A stretch of 64,000 bases of DNA from contig NC_043009.1 in assembly GCF_006345805.1 (NCBI RefSeq), positions 63,984,001 through 64,048,000 on the forward strand. The letters run 5' to 3'. The DNA comes from Octopus sinensis (taxonomy: Eukaryota). Made by a program: the position numbers and the translations under genes. Shown here in pieces: positions 49,075 through 61,906 of the stretch. The notes beneath the pieces are model-generated. The model was given only the letters and a program-made list of their open reading frames with translations. It ran no database searches and had not been told where the DNA came from. The first letter of the stretch is position 1, and every line of letters begins with the position of its first letter.

Positions 49075-50085
49075 TGATTTCAAATTTTGGTACAAGGCCA
49101 GTAATTTTAGGAAGAGGGAGTTAGTTGATTGCATCAATACTTGAACTTGACGAGTATTCTGTTTTCATAATGCAATGAGAGGCAAAGTTAACCTTGGCAG
49201 GATTTGAACTCCAAATGTAAAGTGCAAGAAGAAACAGCGTTAAGCATTTTGTCTCACATGATTAATTCTATCAACTCCCTGCCTAGATAAAGATTAGTTT
49301 CAAATTTTGGCTTCAGGCCAGCAGCTTTGGAGTAAAGGATAAGTTGGTTACATTGCCCCACCTCCCTCCCCATTACTCAACAAGTATTTACTTTATTGAC
49401 TTCCCCCTCAACCACCAAAAGGATGAAAGGCAAAGTTGACCTCTGCAGAATTTGAACTCAGAACATAAAGACAGACAAGATGCTGCTAAGTATTTCACCC
49501 AGCATGCTAATGATTCTTGATTCTAGTAATCTTTTCAACTCTAGGCACAAGACCCGATATTTTTGGGGAGGGTGCCAGTTAATTAGCTTGACCTCAGTAC
49601 GTGACTGGTATTTAATTTCATCAATCTCGAAAGGATGAAAGGCAAAGTCAACTTCGGTGGAATTTGAAGACAGACAAAATACCACTAAGCATTTCGCCCA
49701 GCATGCTAACATTTCTTATTTCTTTACTGCCCACAAGGGGCTACACACACACAGAGGACAAACAAAGACAGACAAATGGATTAAGTCGATTATATCGACC
49801 CCAGTGCGTAACTGGTACTTATTTAATCGACCCCGAAAGGACGAAAGGCAAAGTCGATCTTGGCAGAATTTGAACTCAGAATGTAAAGACAGACGGTCAT
49901 AATATACAAACATTTCTCATCGCACCAGTACAGTCTTTACAGATGCTTACATTTTCTATGTTTTCTGTGAATTTTTCATGGGTCCAGCTAGTTAATATTA
50001 TTTTATTACTATCATAAATATTAATAATAATAATGATGGTTTCAAATTTTGGCACAAGGCCAGCAGTTTTTGAGGGTAGGGGTAC
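49075..50085 (-). mobile_element. pile-up of family C SINE copies of different ages
   Basis: At least four repeats of gaaaggcaaagtc/ttgacct..gaatttgaact, all in the same orientation. Confidence 0.8.
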
Positions 50086-50179
50086 CAATTTTTCAGAGTA
50101 GACAGACTAGTTTATCATTCTGGAAATATTACCCATGGGCAATTATAGAGTGAATTTTAGGGCTTATAAAGCTAATCTT

Positions 50180-50410
50180 TACGTATCCTTCATTAACACC
50201 AGATCCCATATTCTACGTATCCTTCATTAATACCAGGTCCCATATTCTACTCAAACCTGCACTAGGTCTACTTAGGAGGTTATTGTGCCCTATGGTATGT
50301 GCTGCCTCTTTTAGTTTTCGTATTTTCCAGAGGTGTTTTCTGTCTATTATTTTAACTTCATCCCACAGGGGGAGGTGGTCTCTGTTTTCCCATACTGACA
50401 AGGTAAACAT
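50180..50410 (-). mobile_element. Penelope-like GIY-YIG C-terminal relic with 34-bp tandem duplication
   Basis: DHLPLWDEVKIIDRKHLWKIRKLKEAAH; repeat 50180-50213 / 50214-50247. Confidence 0.65.
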
Positions 50411-50690
50411 TACTTCTCATTTCTCTGGGATTGCTAAAATAATCTGGCAATCAAATACTGACGTCAGCAATTTCAGTTCAGATCCTCCAATCAAAATTGC
50501 TGACCTTATGTCTGAATTAGAAACAATTATTTATTAGCCCCATATCAGTCCTGCTCAACAGATATATATAACCCAAGATATTTCTACATGACCGTTTATT
50601 CTTCACTGGTATTGCATATTTTGTAATAAAGTCCTCAATTTCGAGATTGAGCAATACAGTCCAAGGGAGACTAGGCTGCTATTTCTAGCT

Positions 50691-50758
50691 GGTTATCTGT
50701 AGAGGCTACATAGTTTAGTCCTGTAGGTTATCTGTAGAGGCTACATAGTTTAGTCCTG
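50691..50758. repeat. 35-bp-period tandem duplication
   Basis: ggttatctgtagaggctacatagtttagtcctg twice, identical. Confidence 0.9.
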
Positions 50759-50939
50759 AGAAACAATGACTGATCATACGAACATTTTTTTCATTTCTTG
50801 GCCACGCTGCGTTTAATCTTTATTTATTCGTTACATAACAAACTACTTTAAAAAAGGGCCGTTATCGAATTTTATACGAAACAGTGGTTAACAATGCAGC
50901 TGAAAGTGTGTCCATATATATTCTTTTATATTTTTGATT

Positions 50940-51032
50940 AGAAACGGATTCCTCGGCGATTTCCTTCTCCGACCGATTCTTCCCAAGAACTTTCCCATCG
51001 ACTCTTATCAGCGAAATATAAAAGAGAAACAA
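50940..51032 (+). promoter_or_regulatory. putative non-coding exon 1 of g7; donor at 51033, acceptor AG 54738-54739
   Basis: aagaacttt..gcgaaatataaa..aa|gtaagtattt; flanks paralogous to g6 and g8. Confidence 0.65.
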
Positions 51033-51299
51033 GTAAGTATTTCTTGTATTTAAATCTATATAAAATATTTTCGGCCTTATGGGTGTATAAAAATGTCAAA
51101 GAATTAGGAAGTTTTCTTTTTCTTCCTTTTAATTCCTTTAGTATCTCATAGAACAGAAATTAAGATTCTGAAAAATTTATCAAAAATTTAGAATTTCTTG
51201 TATTTTTGCTCCCTTTTCCCCAATTCTGTGTCCTTTTCCTTCACCATGAAGTACTGATTGCTATTTCGAAACACTGCTATTTTCAATATTTCATTTAAT

Positions 51300-52470
51300 T
51301 TTTGTAATATTTTCCCTCCACTTCTATCTACATTTCGTTTCCGCTCATAAGCTACTCTGTCTACACCGAATAGAATTCCTATCGACTTCTTTCCTGTATT
51401 TCGTGCATAGCTATTTCCCTGATAGGATCAGGGTCTTGTCTTTTTTCCTACTTGCTAACAATGCTTTTAATCTTTGCTAAATTCACTTTGTGGTCTCGAT
51501 TCTGGGCTTTGTTTCAATGTCAGGAATTTCTTTTCTAATTCTATAGGAACTAGGTGACGGCGATGCCACTATCTATGCCAGTTATCGGGTATGAAGCGCT
51601 CGTATATCGGTAACTAGCACCCCCCCACTTTCCTAGGTATCTTAAGCACTTTTTGTAGCGATTGAAACATCTATTATTTTTAAGATTTCCTTGTGGCCTT
51701 CTTTGTTCCCAAAGAATTATCAAAGATGAATACGCCTGTATGGCCGTTTTCTATTCTATAAGCTTTTAGTATACTAATGTGGTTTCTATTTCAGGGAAAT
51801 GTAGAATTACGGTGATCTTCCAGGTTCGCCCTAATGGAGTAGCGTGAACATCCCATCTTTCCTTTTCTCCATATTTTAGAGTTTAAAATATTATCACAGC
51901 CCCTGTTTCCGATGAAACCTGTGCCCATATTGTCTTTATTTATTTATTTTTGTTTACATCATATTTAAAAGCATAGGAATGTGATTGCTAATTCTAGCAT
52001 ATCGAACGATCATGATGGGGGTATGTTTGATTTTCAAGCGGTTGGTTCTTGGATTCTTTGCTAGGAATCGAAATCATACCCTAAATGTTTCTGCTATCTT
52101 TTTCTTTTTTTCTTTTGGTCTGTCAAAATGCACTTCGAAATTTACAAGTCTTCTTTCTATCTTCTTGACTATATTGAAGGTCAACATTAGTTCCAGTTGG
52201 ATAACTGACGAAAAAATCTTTTGCTCTCTTGGCCTACTTTAGCTAAGAAATTATCTTAAAAAGGGACCAAAACAATCTTTCTTTTGTTACCTGGCTCTTG
52301 ATCGGAAGTAACTTGGCTACTATCTTGGCGCTGGTATTCCCCACCTCTTTCTACTAATAGCTGACATAGAGGTAGCATATTCCTCTCTCCCTGTCTTCTC
52401 GACAATCTAGATAAAGTGAATTCTTTAACTCTTCCTCTTCTTCCTTTGGCCACATATGCAACAAAATGAC
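51300..52470 (-). mobile_element. old gag/ORF1-like retroelement relic (tentative)
   Basis: Minus-strand fragments KKIERRLVNF, QYG, ATPLGRTWKITV..FPEIE resemble the 7060-8610 ORF1; part shared with 60350-60900. Confidence 0.35.
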
Positions 52471-54055
52471 TGCTGCACTCTATCAGAATTACAACAGAAC
52501 TTCTACTAATCTCTGTTCAACAACTCGAAGCCAGCAGTTGTTTTATTTTGTGACGGTAAATAAAGGCAATTTCGATTCTTATTTATGTCTTGTCAATTAT
52601 ACCCAAAACCACCACATTTATAACAGCATCCATTACGTTCCTGATAACTCCACGAAGAAACCAACTGCACATCGTTGTGACGACTGGAGATCACGGATCA
52701 AACGCATGCTGCTTTCTAACCAACGTACAAAACCGTTACAAGTTAGTTGAAAAGAGATTAAACTCGCAATAAAATAATGAAAGAAATCGTCATCGTGGTT
52801 TTAACGTCCACTCTTCCATTCGTGTATCGGCCTCAGTTCAAGGGTAGATTTTTCTATGGCCGAATGCCCTATCCTTTTGCTAATCCTTCCCCGTTTTCAA
52901 GCTAGGTAATATTTCTCTACGGACAGACATGTTTTTGCATAATATTGGAAATGAATGGTATTCATTTACACCAATGACGCAAGGTCCAAGGGCGACACAC
53001 ACACGATGAGGTTCCTTCAGATTCCATCTGTCAAATTCATTCGAGTAGAAAAGACTTGGTCAAGATCTCATTCAGTGGATGGAACCCAAAGGCATGTGGT
53101 TGCTTCCTAACCACACAACCATGCCTGCACCTACATGTATTCTATAATTGGTGTTTACAAATATTTCTTTCGGAGAGTTTTCCTAAGCAAAATGAGATAG
53201 TGATGAAAATGGAAAGTGCTCATTTTATTTCAAGTGAATTGTTGATGTCATAGAGATAACTGTAGATTCTCTCCTAGTTAATTACTAGTAAATCATAGCT
53301 ACTGGTGGTCATAAGTCAAGGATAATCTGTAAGTGTTCCACTGTGATTTTATAATATATGTTCATTTTTGCTCTGTAATATAACAGAAAATGTACACAGT
53401 ATCCCTGCATACCATAATGAGCAATTAATAGGGTTTGTATCACGAAAAGCCTACAGCCATTAAACTTTCGCAGTATGGAAAAGCTAAAGTATAAATGATG
53501 ATGGCACATATTTTCTCATGTTTTTTTGTTTTTGTTTTTTATGTCCCTTTTTCCATGCTTACATGAGTTAGATGAAATTCATTGAGGCAAATTTTCTTCA
53601 TCTAAATGCCCTTCATGTTATCAACCCTCATCTTGTTTTCAAGTAAGGTAATATTTCCTCATGGTAAGGCTGCAAGCTGGTAGAATCCTTAGCATGTCAG
53701 GTAGAATGCTAAGTGGCATTTTGTCCATCTTTACGTTCTGAGATTAAATTCCTCTTAGGTTCACTTTACCTTTCATTCTTTTGGGGTTGATAAAATAAGT
53801 AGCCATAGAGCACCGTTTTTTGTAACTGGGATAAAAAATTTTGTTGCAAGCATCAATATTTATCATCTTTCAAAGGCAAAAGAAGATAGACAGAAAAGTT
53901 CACTTCTTGAAAGGCTTCCTTGTCATTTGCTCTTTATTCTTTGAGTTTCAAAAATATTTCTATCCAAAGCTTGAATTGTTCACAGGATTATGGGCACACT
54001 GTTTTTTGAATCTGATCTTATATTCAGAACACAAGATATATAGATATATATATAT

Positions 54056-54266
54056 TCTTTTACTTGTTTGTCATTTGACTATGGCCATGCTGGAACACCA
54101 CCTTTAGTTGAGCAAATTGACTCCAGGACTTATTCTTTCTAAGCCTAGTACTTACTCTCTCAGTCTATTTTGCCGAACCACCAAGTTATGGGGGATGTAA
54201 ACACACCAACATCGGTTGTTAAGTGATGTTGGAGGGACAAACACAGACACATATACATTCATTCAT

Positions 54267-54298
<32 letters not shown>

Positions 54299-54596
54299 GA
54301 CAGGCTTCTTTCAGTTTCTGTTTACCAAATCCACTCACAAGCTTTTGGTCGGCCCGAGGCTATAGTAGAAGACCCTTGCCCAAGGTGCCATGCAGTTGGA
54401 CTGAACCCAGAACCATGTGGTTGATAAGTAAGCTACTTACCACACAGCCACTTCTGTGCACACACATATATATATATAGTCCTCTCCCTCTGTATATATA
54501 TATTGGAGCCTGGTGCAGCCATCTGGTTCGCCAGTCCTCAGTCAAATTGTCCAACCCATGCTAGCATGGAAAGCGGATGCTAAATGATGATGATGA
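54056..54596 (-). mobile_element. SINE family A (54056-54455, minus) followed by family B tail (54505-54596, plus)
   Basis: Similarity to other copies. Confidence 0.85.
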
Positions 54597-55150
54597 CACA
54601 CACACACACACATGAAAAAATTTAATGATACACAAGAGTTCAGTTGTTCAGGTAAAGGTTTACTTCTAAAATTTATAATAAATTTCTGCTTTAGAATCTA
54701 CTGTTTAAATACATCTTACTCTTTTTCTTATTGTTTCAGGATACAAGCTGACACTGGCAGAAAAAAAACAAGAAAATTATATTCATATTAGAAGCATCCT
54801 CAATGTTTATGGGGTTTTAAAAACTGAAGATGTTATACAGAACAAATCTGACCATATTTTTATAAATCTGGCAAAAGGTTTCCTCCGGTTGAGAATATTG
54901 GCAACCTTTGTGTAAGTCACTGTTTAGAATGTGTACGAGATAATTTTGCATTCTAAATGGACTTAGATATTTGTTTTATGAAGGACTTTGCAGCATAGAT
55001 TGCAGTTGATGGAAACATAACAGGAGGAATGTTTGTTAGAAGTGAATTATAGAAAGGAAGTCAACAGACTTATTCACATATTGTGGTGAGAGAAGAAACC
55101 TTGTTAAATGAATTGAAAGATTGTTTTTTTTTTATTCTTATTCTTCAGAG

Positions 55151-56218
55151 ATGGCAAAAAAATTAGGGAAATCTTCATATGTGTGTTGTATCTGTGAAAA
55201 GTCATTCTCTTCGAAAGGTCATCTTACTACTCATATACGTACTCATACAGGAGAGAAACCATATCACTGTGATATCTGTGGTAAGACATTCTCTCGAAAG
55301 GATGAACTGACTACTCACATACGCATTCATACAGGAGAGAAGCCATATCATTGTGATATCTGTGGTCATTCATTCACTCGCAGAGATATTTTAACTACAC
55401 ACATACGCATTCACACGGGAGAGAAACCATATCAATGTAACATGTGCAGCAAATCATTCTCTAAAAGTACCAATTTGACCGATCACAAACGCATCCATAC
55501 TGGAGAAAAACCTTATCAGTGTAATTTTTGTGGGAGATCATTTAATCAAAGTAATCAGCTAATTAAACACAAACGTATTCATACAGGAGAAAAGCCATAT
55601 CACTGTGATGTGTGTGGTGAGTCATATCCTCGAAATGACGAGTTAACTGCTCACAAATATATTCATACAGGTGAGAAACCATATCAGTGCGATACCTGTG
55701 GAAAATCATTCCGTCGAAATGGTGATTTAACTATTCACAAACGCTCTCATACTGGTGAAAAACGCTTTTATTGTGATGTTTGTGGCACAGGATTCAGCCA
55801 GAGTAATGATTTAAGGGGACATATTCGCACGCATACTGGGGAAAAACCGTATCGGTGTGATATCTGTGACAAATCATTCACTCGAGGGGATGAGTTAACC
55901 GTCCACAAAAACCTTCATGCAGGAGAAAAACCACATCAGTGCGATATCTGCGGGAAATCATTCAGTCGAAAATACGATGTAACTACGCACAAATCCATTC
56001 ATAGTGGAGTGAGGCCGCATCAGTGTGACATCTGTGGTAAATCATTTCTTCGCAAAAATCAACTGACCACTCACAAACGTAGTCATACTGGAGAGAAACC
56101 ATATCATTGTTATAATTGTGGTCAGTCGTTCAGTTACAGTTATCGGTTAACTCAGCACAAATGTATTAGTACGGGAGAAAATGTGTATCATAATATTTTT
56201 GATAAACCATTGTCTTAA
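55151..56218 (+). CDS. C2H2 zinc-finger gene g7, 11 C2H2 fingers plus C2HC-type finger
   Basis: Intact ORF from MAKKLGKSS. Confidence 0.95.
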   Translation: MAKKLGKSSYVCCICEKSFSSKGHLTTHIRTHTGEKPYHCDICGKTFSRKDELTTHIRIHTGEKPYHCDICGHSFTRRDILTTHIRIHTGEKPYQCNMCSKSFSKSTNLTDHKRIHTGEKPYQCNFCGRSFNQSNQLIKHKRIHTGEKPYHCDVCGESYPRNDELTAHKYIHTGEKPYQCDTCGKSFRRNGDLTIHKRSHTGEKRFYCDVCGTGFSQSNDLRGHIRTHTGEKPYRCDICDKSFTRGDELTVHKNLHAGEKPHQCDICGKSFSRKYDVTTHKSIHSGVRPHQCDICGKSFLRKNQLTTHKRSHTGEKPYHCYNCGQSFSYSYRLTQHKCISTGENVYHNIFDKPLS

Positions 56219-56688
56219 CAAGATTTAATTATTCGCGTTTGTATCTTTACATGAGAGAAAATGCATCACTTTATTTGTAGTATTTCATTATACTATAATT
56301 GGACCCTTGCGTGTCTTATACATAACTGAATTCTATGTGTATTTCTCGTGTATTTTAATGCATATCCTTTTATGTTATGTATATTATTGTTTTATTAATT
56401 TTTTGTATGTATTCTATACATTCTGATTAATTCTGTTGTTAGTAATAATATCTATAAGTTTATCTGTGGCATGATTCTGTCATGGTGAAAATTAATATTA
56501 ATTTGTGATTGTATTATTAAACTTTACCTAAATACAAAATGTGTGGAACAATCTTTGAATTATCAATGTTTTTATGTCCATTTTATGGAATGTGTTGAAC
56601 CACATTTTGTCATTTCAAGTGTAAATCTCAAATTCCAGAGTTCTAACTGCACCAATCTTTGTGAATATTTATAATGATTTCAAATGTA

Positions 56689-56694
56689 AATAAA
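56689..56694 (+). terminator. putative poly(A) signal of g7
   Basis: AATAAAactggtttactc. Confidence 0.6.
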
Positions 56695-57159
56695 ACTGGT
56701 TTACTCTTAAAATTATTCTTCTCTTATTTTTTATTTGGAACATCTGCCAAATTCTTGTTTTGATCTCAGCTATAAATTATGCATAGAATTCACTGACTTG
56801 ATCAATGCATGATGAAAGTTGCACAATTTCGGAACTGATTTTCATTAACTGTTTACTTCAAACCTATAAATTTGATACTATTTGATGTTATGAGGAAATG
56901 AATGAGATATAAATAACAAGATGATATTGTAGGTGAATTGGTGATGATGGTGGCTTTGTAGTGGAGCTGTGATATACGAAGTTGGTTTATGAGAGGCTGT
57001 ATAAGGACAAGATATTTCCCATTTTCAGATAATATTAAAATATAATTTCATCATTTTACATACATTTTAAATACATATTGTAGCATAGAAACTTGCATAT
57101 GTGACTTATTTGTATCAAGAACAAACCACATAATACAGAAACTGTTTGAGTCATTGCTA

Positions 57160-57363
57160 TGCCGGGCGAAATGCGTAGCCGTATTTCGTCTGCCGTTATG
57201 TTCTGGCTTCAAATTCCACCGAGGTCGACTTTGCCTTTCATCCTTTCGGGGTCGATAAATTAAGTACCAGTTACACACTGGGGTTGATATAATCAACTTA
57301 ATCCATTTGTCTGTCCTTGTTTGTCCCCTCTGTGTTTTGCCCCTTGTGGGTAGTAAAGAAATA
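57160..57363 (+). mobile_element. SINE family C monomer, 5'-truncated
   Basis: Core and gtagtaaagaaata tail; inserted at gtcattgc|aatattcag, empty in paralogs. Confidence 0.85.
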
Positions 57364-57822
57364 TATATTCAGAAGCAGAATAAATGAATTGCTGGAAATC
57401 TTATTTTGTTAGCATTGTGTAGAAAGTATTTTTCAAAACATTGATGGACAACAGTTTCTCATCAGCTCAAAAATAATGAAAACATTTTTCAGGAAGAATG
57501 TGCACATGCTAATATTCACAGCTGTAAACAAAGGTCTTTGATTTCATTATTTAACCATGTTTGGACAAATGTCTTTGAACTGAGTTTAGTTTGGATAAAT
57601 CTTCAAACAGGATTAGTGCTTTTCTTCAGTCTTCCTTATTTCTAGCAGTGGAATTGGTGGAGACAATAAAGCTGAGAATAATGGATAGAATTTGAATTTT
57701 GAGTTGAGTAAAAGAATATTTGTGAAGTGGTGGGGAGTAGCATATATCAACCCCGATATATTACTGTTAATTATTAACCCCAGTCGAACCTGTCAGGAAT
57801 TATAAAGCAAGTTAACATCAAG

Positions 57823-58345
57823 ACTGAACCCGGAACCACATGGTTCCAAGTTCAGTTCCACTGTGTGGCATCTTGAGCAAGTGTCTTCTGCTTTAGTCTC
57901 AGGTTGACCAAAGCCTTGTCAGTGGATCTGGTAGATGGAAACTGAAAGAAGCTTATCATGTATATACACACACGTGTGTGTGTGTGTGTCCTGCCCCCAC
58001 TGCTTGACAACCAGTATTAATGTTTATGTCCCTGTAACTTAGTGGTTTCACAAAAGAGAACAATAGACTACTAGACTTAAAAGAAAATAGGTACTGAGGT
58101 CAATTCATGCAACCAAAAATCCCTCGGGTTGGTGCCCCAGCATGGCCAAAGTCTAATGACTGAAGCAAAAGAAATATATATAGGCACAGGAGTGGCTGTG
58201 TGGTAAGTAGCTTGCTTCCAAACCACATGGTTCTGGGTTCAGTCCCACTGCATGGCACCTTGGGCAAGTGTCTTCTACTATATAGTCTTGGGTTGACCAA
58301 AGCCTTATGAGTGGATTTGGTAGATGGAAACTGAAAGAAGCCAGT
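57823..58345 (+). mobile_element. two SINE family A copies (57823-58170 with inverted 5' end; 58184-58345 head only)
   Basis: ggagtggctgtgtggtaag..ggttcagtccc..cttgggcaagtgtctt. Confidence 0.8.
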
Positions 58346-58489
58346 GAAAGATGTATGTAAATGTGTGTATGTTTGTGTGTCTGCGTTTGTCCCAATTTTC
58401 GTGTCTGTAGGTTGTGCCATTTGCCTGCGGTAACGCATTAAGTACAGACGTGAAGAGAGTGTTGTGCGAGTTTTCTTTTCTTTTTTTTT

Positions 58490-58690
58490 TTGAGTAAAGA
58501 TACTGCATCAAATTCTGCCAAAACTTGGTGATAGGCAAACTGAGACTATTGAGAAGATTCAGAGGACCTTTTGAGATGATTCTAAGGGAAAAACACAAAG
58601 GAGTGGCACAACTGGTTCAAAGGTGGCTGCAACTCAGTGGACAGTAAGCCATTTTGTGACAGACCATTCGATTAGCAGAAGAGTGGATAT
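58490..58690 (+). mobile_element. mariner transposase N-terminal (HTH) relic
   Basis: RYCIKFCQ..ETIEKIQ..W..WFKGG..SV.S...RP with frameshifts. Confidence 0.65.
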
Positions 58691-58975
58691 AACGTAAATC
58701 TCTCTCAGCAAACATCATTTGTCAATGGCAGAATCATCATTGCATCAGTAAAAAATGTTTTGCCTTATTTTTCTTTGCTCTTTGTGAGTCCAAATTTTGC
58801 AAAGGTCAGTTTTACCGTTCATCACTCTGAGGTCTGAGATCTTCTTCTCTCAAAATTGCTGACTTTGTGCCTAAATTAGAAACAATTATTCATTATCCTC
58901 AGACTTGCTGAGCAGACATCTGATCAAAGATATTCCAGCCATAACAATTCAGTTCTTTTCTGTAGCATAGTATAT

Positions 58976-59375
58976 CTTTTCTCCTCCAGGCACAAGGCCT
59001 GAAATTTTTTTGGGGCGCAGGGCCAGTCGATTAGATCGACTCCAGCACGCAACTGGTACTTAGTTTATCGACCCCGAAAGGATGAAAGGCAAAGTCAACC
59101 TCAGCGGAATTTGAACTCAGAATGTAACGGCAGACGAAGTACCTATTTCTTTACTACCCACAAAGGGCTAAACACAGAGGGGATAAACAAGGACAGAGAC
59201 ACGGATTAAGTCGATTATATCAACCCTAGTGTATAACTGGTATTTATTTAATCGACCCCGAAAGGATGAAAGGCAAAGTCGACCTCGGCGGTATTTGAAC
59301 TCAGAACGTAACAGCAGACGAAATACGGCTACGCTTTTCGCCCGGCGTGCTAACGTTTCTGCCAGCTCGCTGCCC
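58976..59375 (-). mobile_element. dimeric SINE family C with two different tails
   Basis: 18-bp TSD ttctgtagcatagtatat at 58958-58975 and 59376-59393. Confidence 0.92.
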
Positions 59376-59929
59376 TTCTGTAGCATAGTATATGAAGAAT
59401 ACATTATTGAATAGATAAGTAAAGGTGCGTGGCTTAGGGGTTAGGTTATTCGACTCATGATCGTGAGGTAATATGAGTAATAACTGCATTTCAAAGGGTT
59501 TAGGCTTGTCACATTGAGCCACGCTGTATCTCCCTGAGAACTACATCGAAGGTACGCGTGTTTTATGAAGTGTTCAGCCACTCGTACGTTCATTTCACGC
59601 TAGGATCAAATGGAACACTCGTCGTCGTAACGAAGAACCAGTTTATTGAATACAGTCCTCCAATTCAAGGCTGAAATATATAATCCGAGGGAAAATCAGG
59701 CTGCTGTTTCTAGTAGGTCATCTATAGCTGTTCCCTTGCTGCTATGTAGTTTTTAAACCCTGGGAAACTTAACATTTTGTTCACCTGTTGGTCACATTGC
59801 ATTTCAGTTTTCTTTTATTTATTCGTTACATAATAGCTACTTAAAAAAGGGCCGTTATCAAATTTTATACGAAACAGTGGCTGACAATCAATCTCAAAGT
59901 GTGTCCATATATTCTTTTATATTTTTAAT

Positions 59930-60011
59930 TAGAAACGAATTTCTTGATTATTTTCTGGCGAAGAAATTCCAACTTAATCGATTCTATTTGCGAAATATAA
60001 AATAAAAAGAA
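59930..60011 (+). promoter_or_regulatory. putative non-coding exon 1 of g8; donor at 60012, acceptor AG 63081-63082
   Basis: tttctggcgaagaa..gcgaaatataaa..gaa|gtaagtattt. Confidence 0.65.
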
Positions 60012-60908
60012 GTAAGTATTTAATGTCTTTAAATCTATATAAAATATTTTTGCACTGATGGGTTTATGAAAAGGTCAACGAAACGGGAACCTGTTTTTTT
60101 TTAATTATCTCATAGAACAGAAATTACGATTCTGAAAAGTTTTATCTTAAAATTTTAATTTCTTATTTTTGCTCCCTTTTCCCCAATTCTCTGTCCCTTT
60201 CCTTCACCATGAAGTACTGATTGCTATTTCGAAACATTGCCATTTTCAATATTTCATTTCATTTTTTTTTATACGGGTAAATTGTTGAGCAGGGCACTCC
60301 AATATTATGTTGTGGGGCACCTGAGCACTGTATACAATAATTTTATCATTATATTTTCCCTCCACCTCTACTTTTCGTGTCCGCTCATAAGCTACACTGT
60401 CTACACCGAATAGAATTCCTACCGACTGTTTTCCTGTATTTCGAGCATGGCTATATCCCTGTTAAGATCAGGGTCTTGTCTTCTTTCCTACTTGCTAATA
60501 ATGCTTTTAATCTTTGCTAAATTCACTTTGTGGTTTCGATTCTGGGCTTTGTTTCAATGACTGGAAATTCTTTTCTAATTCTACAGATTCTAATTCTATA
60601 GGAACTAGGTGATAGCGATGCTGCTATGCCAGTTATCGGTTATGATGGACTAAGTACCAGTTACGCACTGGGGAACAATATAATCGACTTAATCCGTTTG
60701 TCTGTCCTTGTTTGTCCCCTCTGTGTTTAGCTCCTTGTGGGTAGTAAAGAAATAGGTTATGAAGGACTCGTATACCCAGAGACTAATCCATTCCCCACCC
60801 ACCCAGACAGGTTTAGCTTCTCAGTACATATTAGTTTTTTTTTTATAGCGATTGAAACATCTATCACTTCAAAGATTTCTTTGTAGCTATGCCTTTGGTC
60901 CTTTAGAG

Positions 60909-61109
60909 CAGTGGTTTTCAACCAGGGTTCCGCCAGTACAGTCCAGGGGTTCCGCAAGAAGTTACAAAACTGCTAAAATCGACAGTAATTTTTAATTCTC
61001 CTGTGCAGATATGTGTGCATAAGACTATTAAATTATTGCACAGGGGTTCCTCGAGCTAGTGGAATGTTTCCTTGGGGTTCCGCTCCAGCAAAAAGTTTGA
61101 AAAGCACTG
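60909..61109. mobile_element. hAT/Charlie MITE
   Basis: TIR cagtggttttcaa / ttgaaaagcactg; perfect 8-bp TSD ctttagag (60901-60908, 61110-61117). Confidence 0.92.
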
Positions 61110-61362
61110 CTTTAGAGTTTAAACAAACTTCTAGCCTAGCCTAAATCGTCAGTAGGCTTATAGGAACAACATCTTTTAATTTGATTTTTCCGTCTTGAAC
61201 ATCAGCTGTTTGTCCATTTCGTGGATAGCCCCTTATTCCTTCTTTGTCATAATCATTGCGCATGGCAAGCGAAAGGTTTATTGGACCCAAAGTTTTAGCA
61301 TAAATACAGATGCGTGCTCCTCTCTCTTAATTTGTTTCCTCATAACTTCCTGAATATTTTAC

Positions 61363-61588
61363 AACGAAAACAATTGCAGCGTGGAAGGTGTTTGTAAGCC
61401 ATTTAAGAAACACACAAAAACCGTTCGATTCACTTCAACATTTAAATTTAATTTGTCAAAATATTTTCGTCTCTTTGAGATCGCGACCTGTTCACTGACA
61501 AAACTTCGTGCAGCATAATTGAATCTAACGGTTTTGTGTGTTTCTTAAATGGCTTATAAACACCTTCCACGCTGCAATTGTTTTCGTT
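61363..61588. repeat. inverted repeat, about 70-bp arms and about 88-bp spacer
   Basis: aacgaaaacaattgcagcgtggaaggtg...gattca mirrored at 61520-61588; tttacaacgaa repeated at 61358 and 61640. Confidence 0.85.
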
Positions 61589-61753
61589 CCAGCACACGAT
61601 CTTAGATCAGGTCACTTGCTATGAAGTACATCTCCGTAATTTACAACGAAGTTTATGACAAATAGTTTCAGATAGTATAGATTACAGTTATCTTTTCTTG
61701 TTTCAGTCATTGGACTGCGGCCATGTTGGGGCACTACCTCGAAGGGTCTAGTT

Positions 61754-61906
61754 CAGTGGTGGTTCCCAACCTTTTCACTACCAAGGACCCCTTTTATTTA
61801 AATGAGTTTTCCCACTGACTCCAGGATATTGAAAGGTCTGTCAGCTTAGCATGTTCACGGAGCCCTAGTACGGTTACCTTTGCGGACCACAGGTTGGGAC
61901 CATCTG
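61754..61906. mobile_element. hAT/Charlie MITE inserted in a family A relic
   Basis: cag..ggttcccaacc / ggttgggaccatctg; TSD gtctagt[t/c]. Confidence 0.8.

Noticed and set aside
58189-58262. tRNA-like A/B boxes (also 29975-30060 and 23860-23920)
   Set aside because: SINE heads running into SINE bodies; no complete cloverleaf
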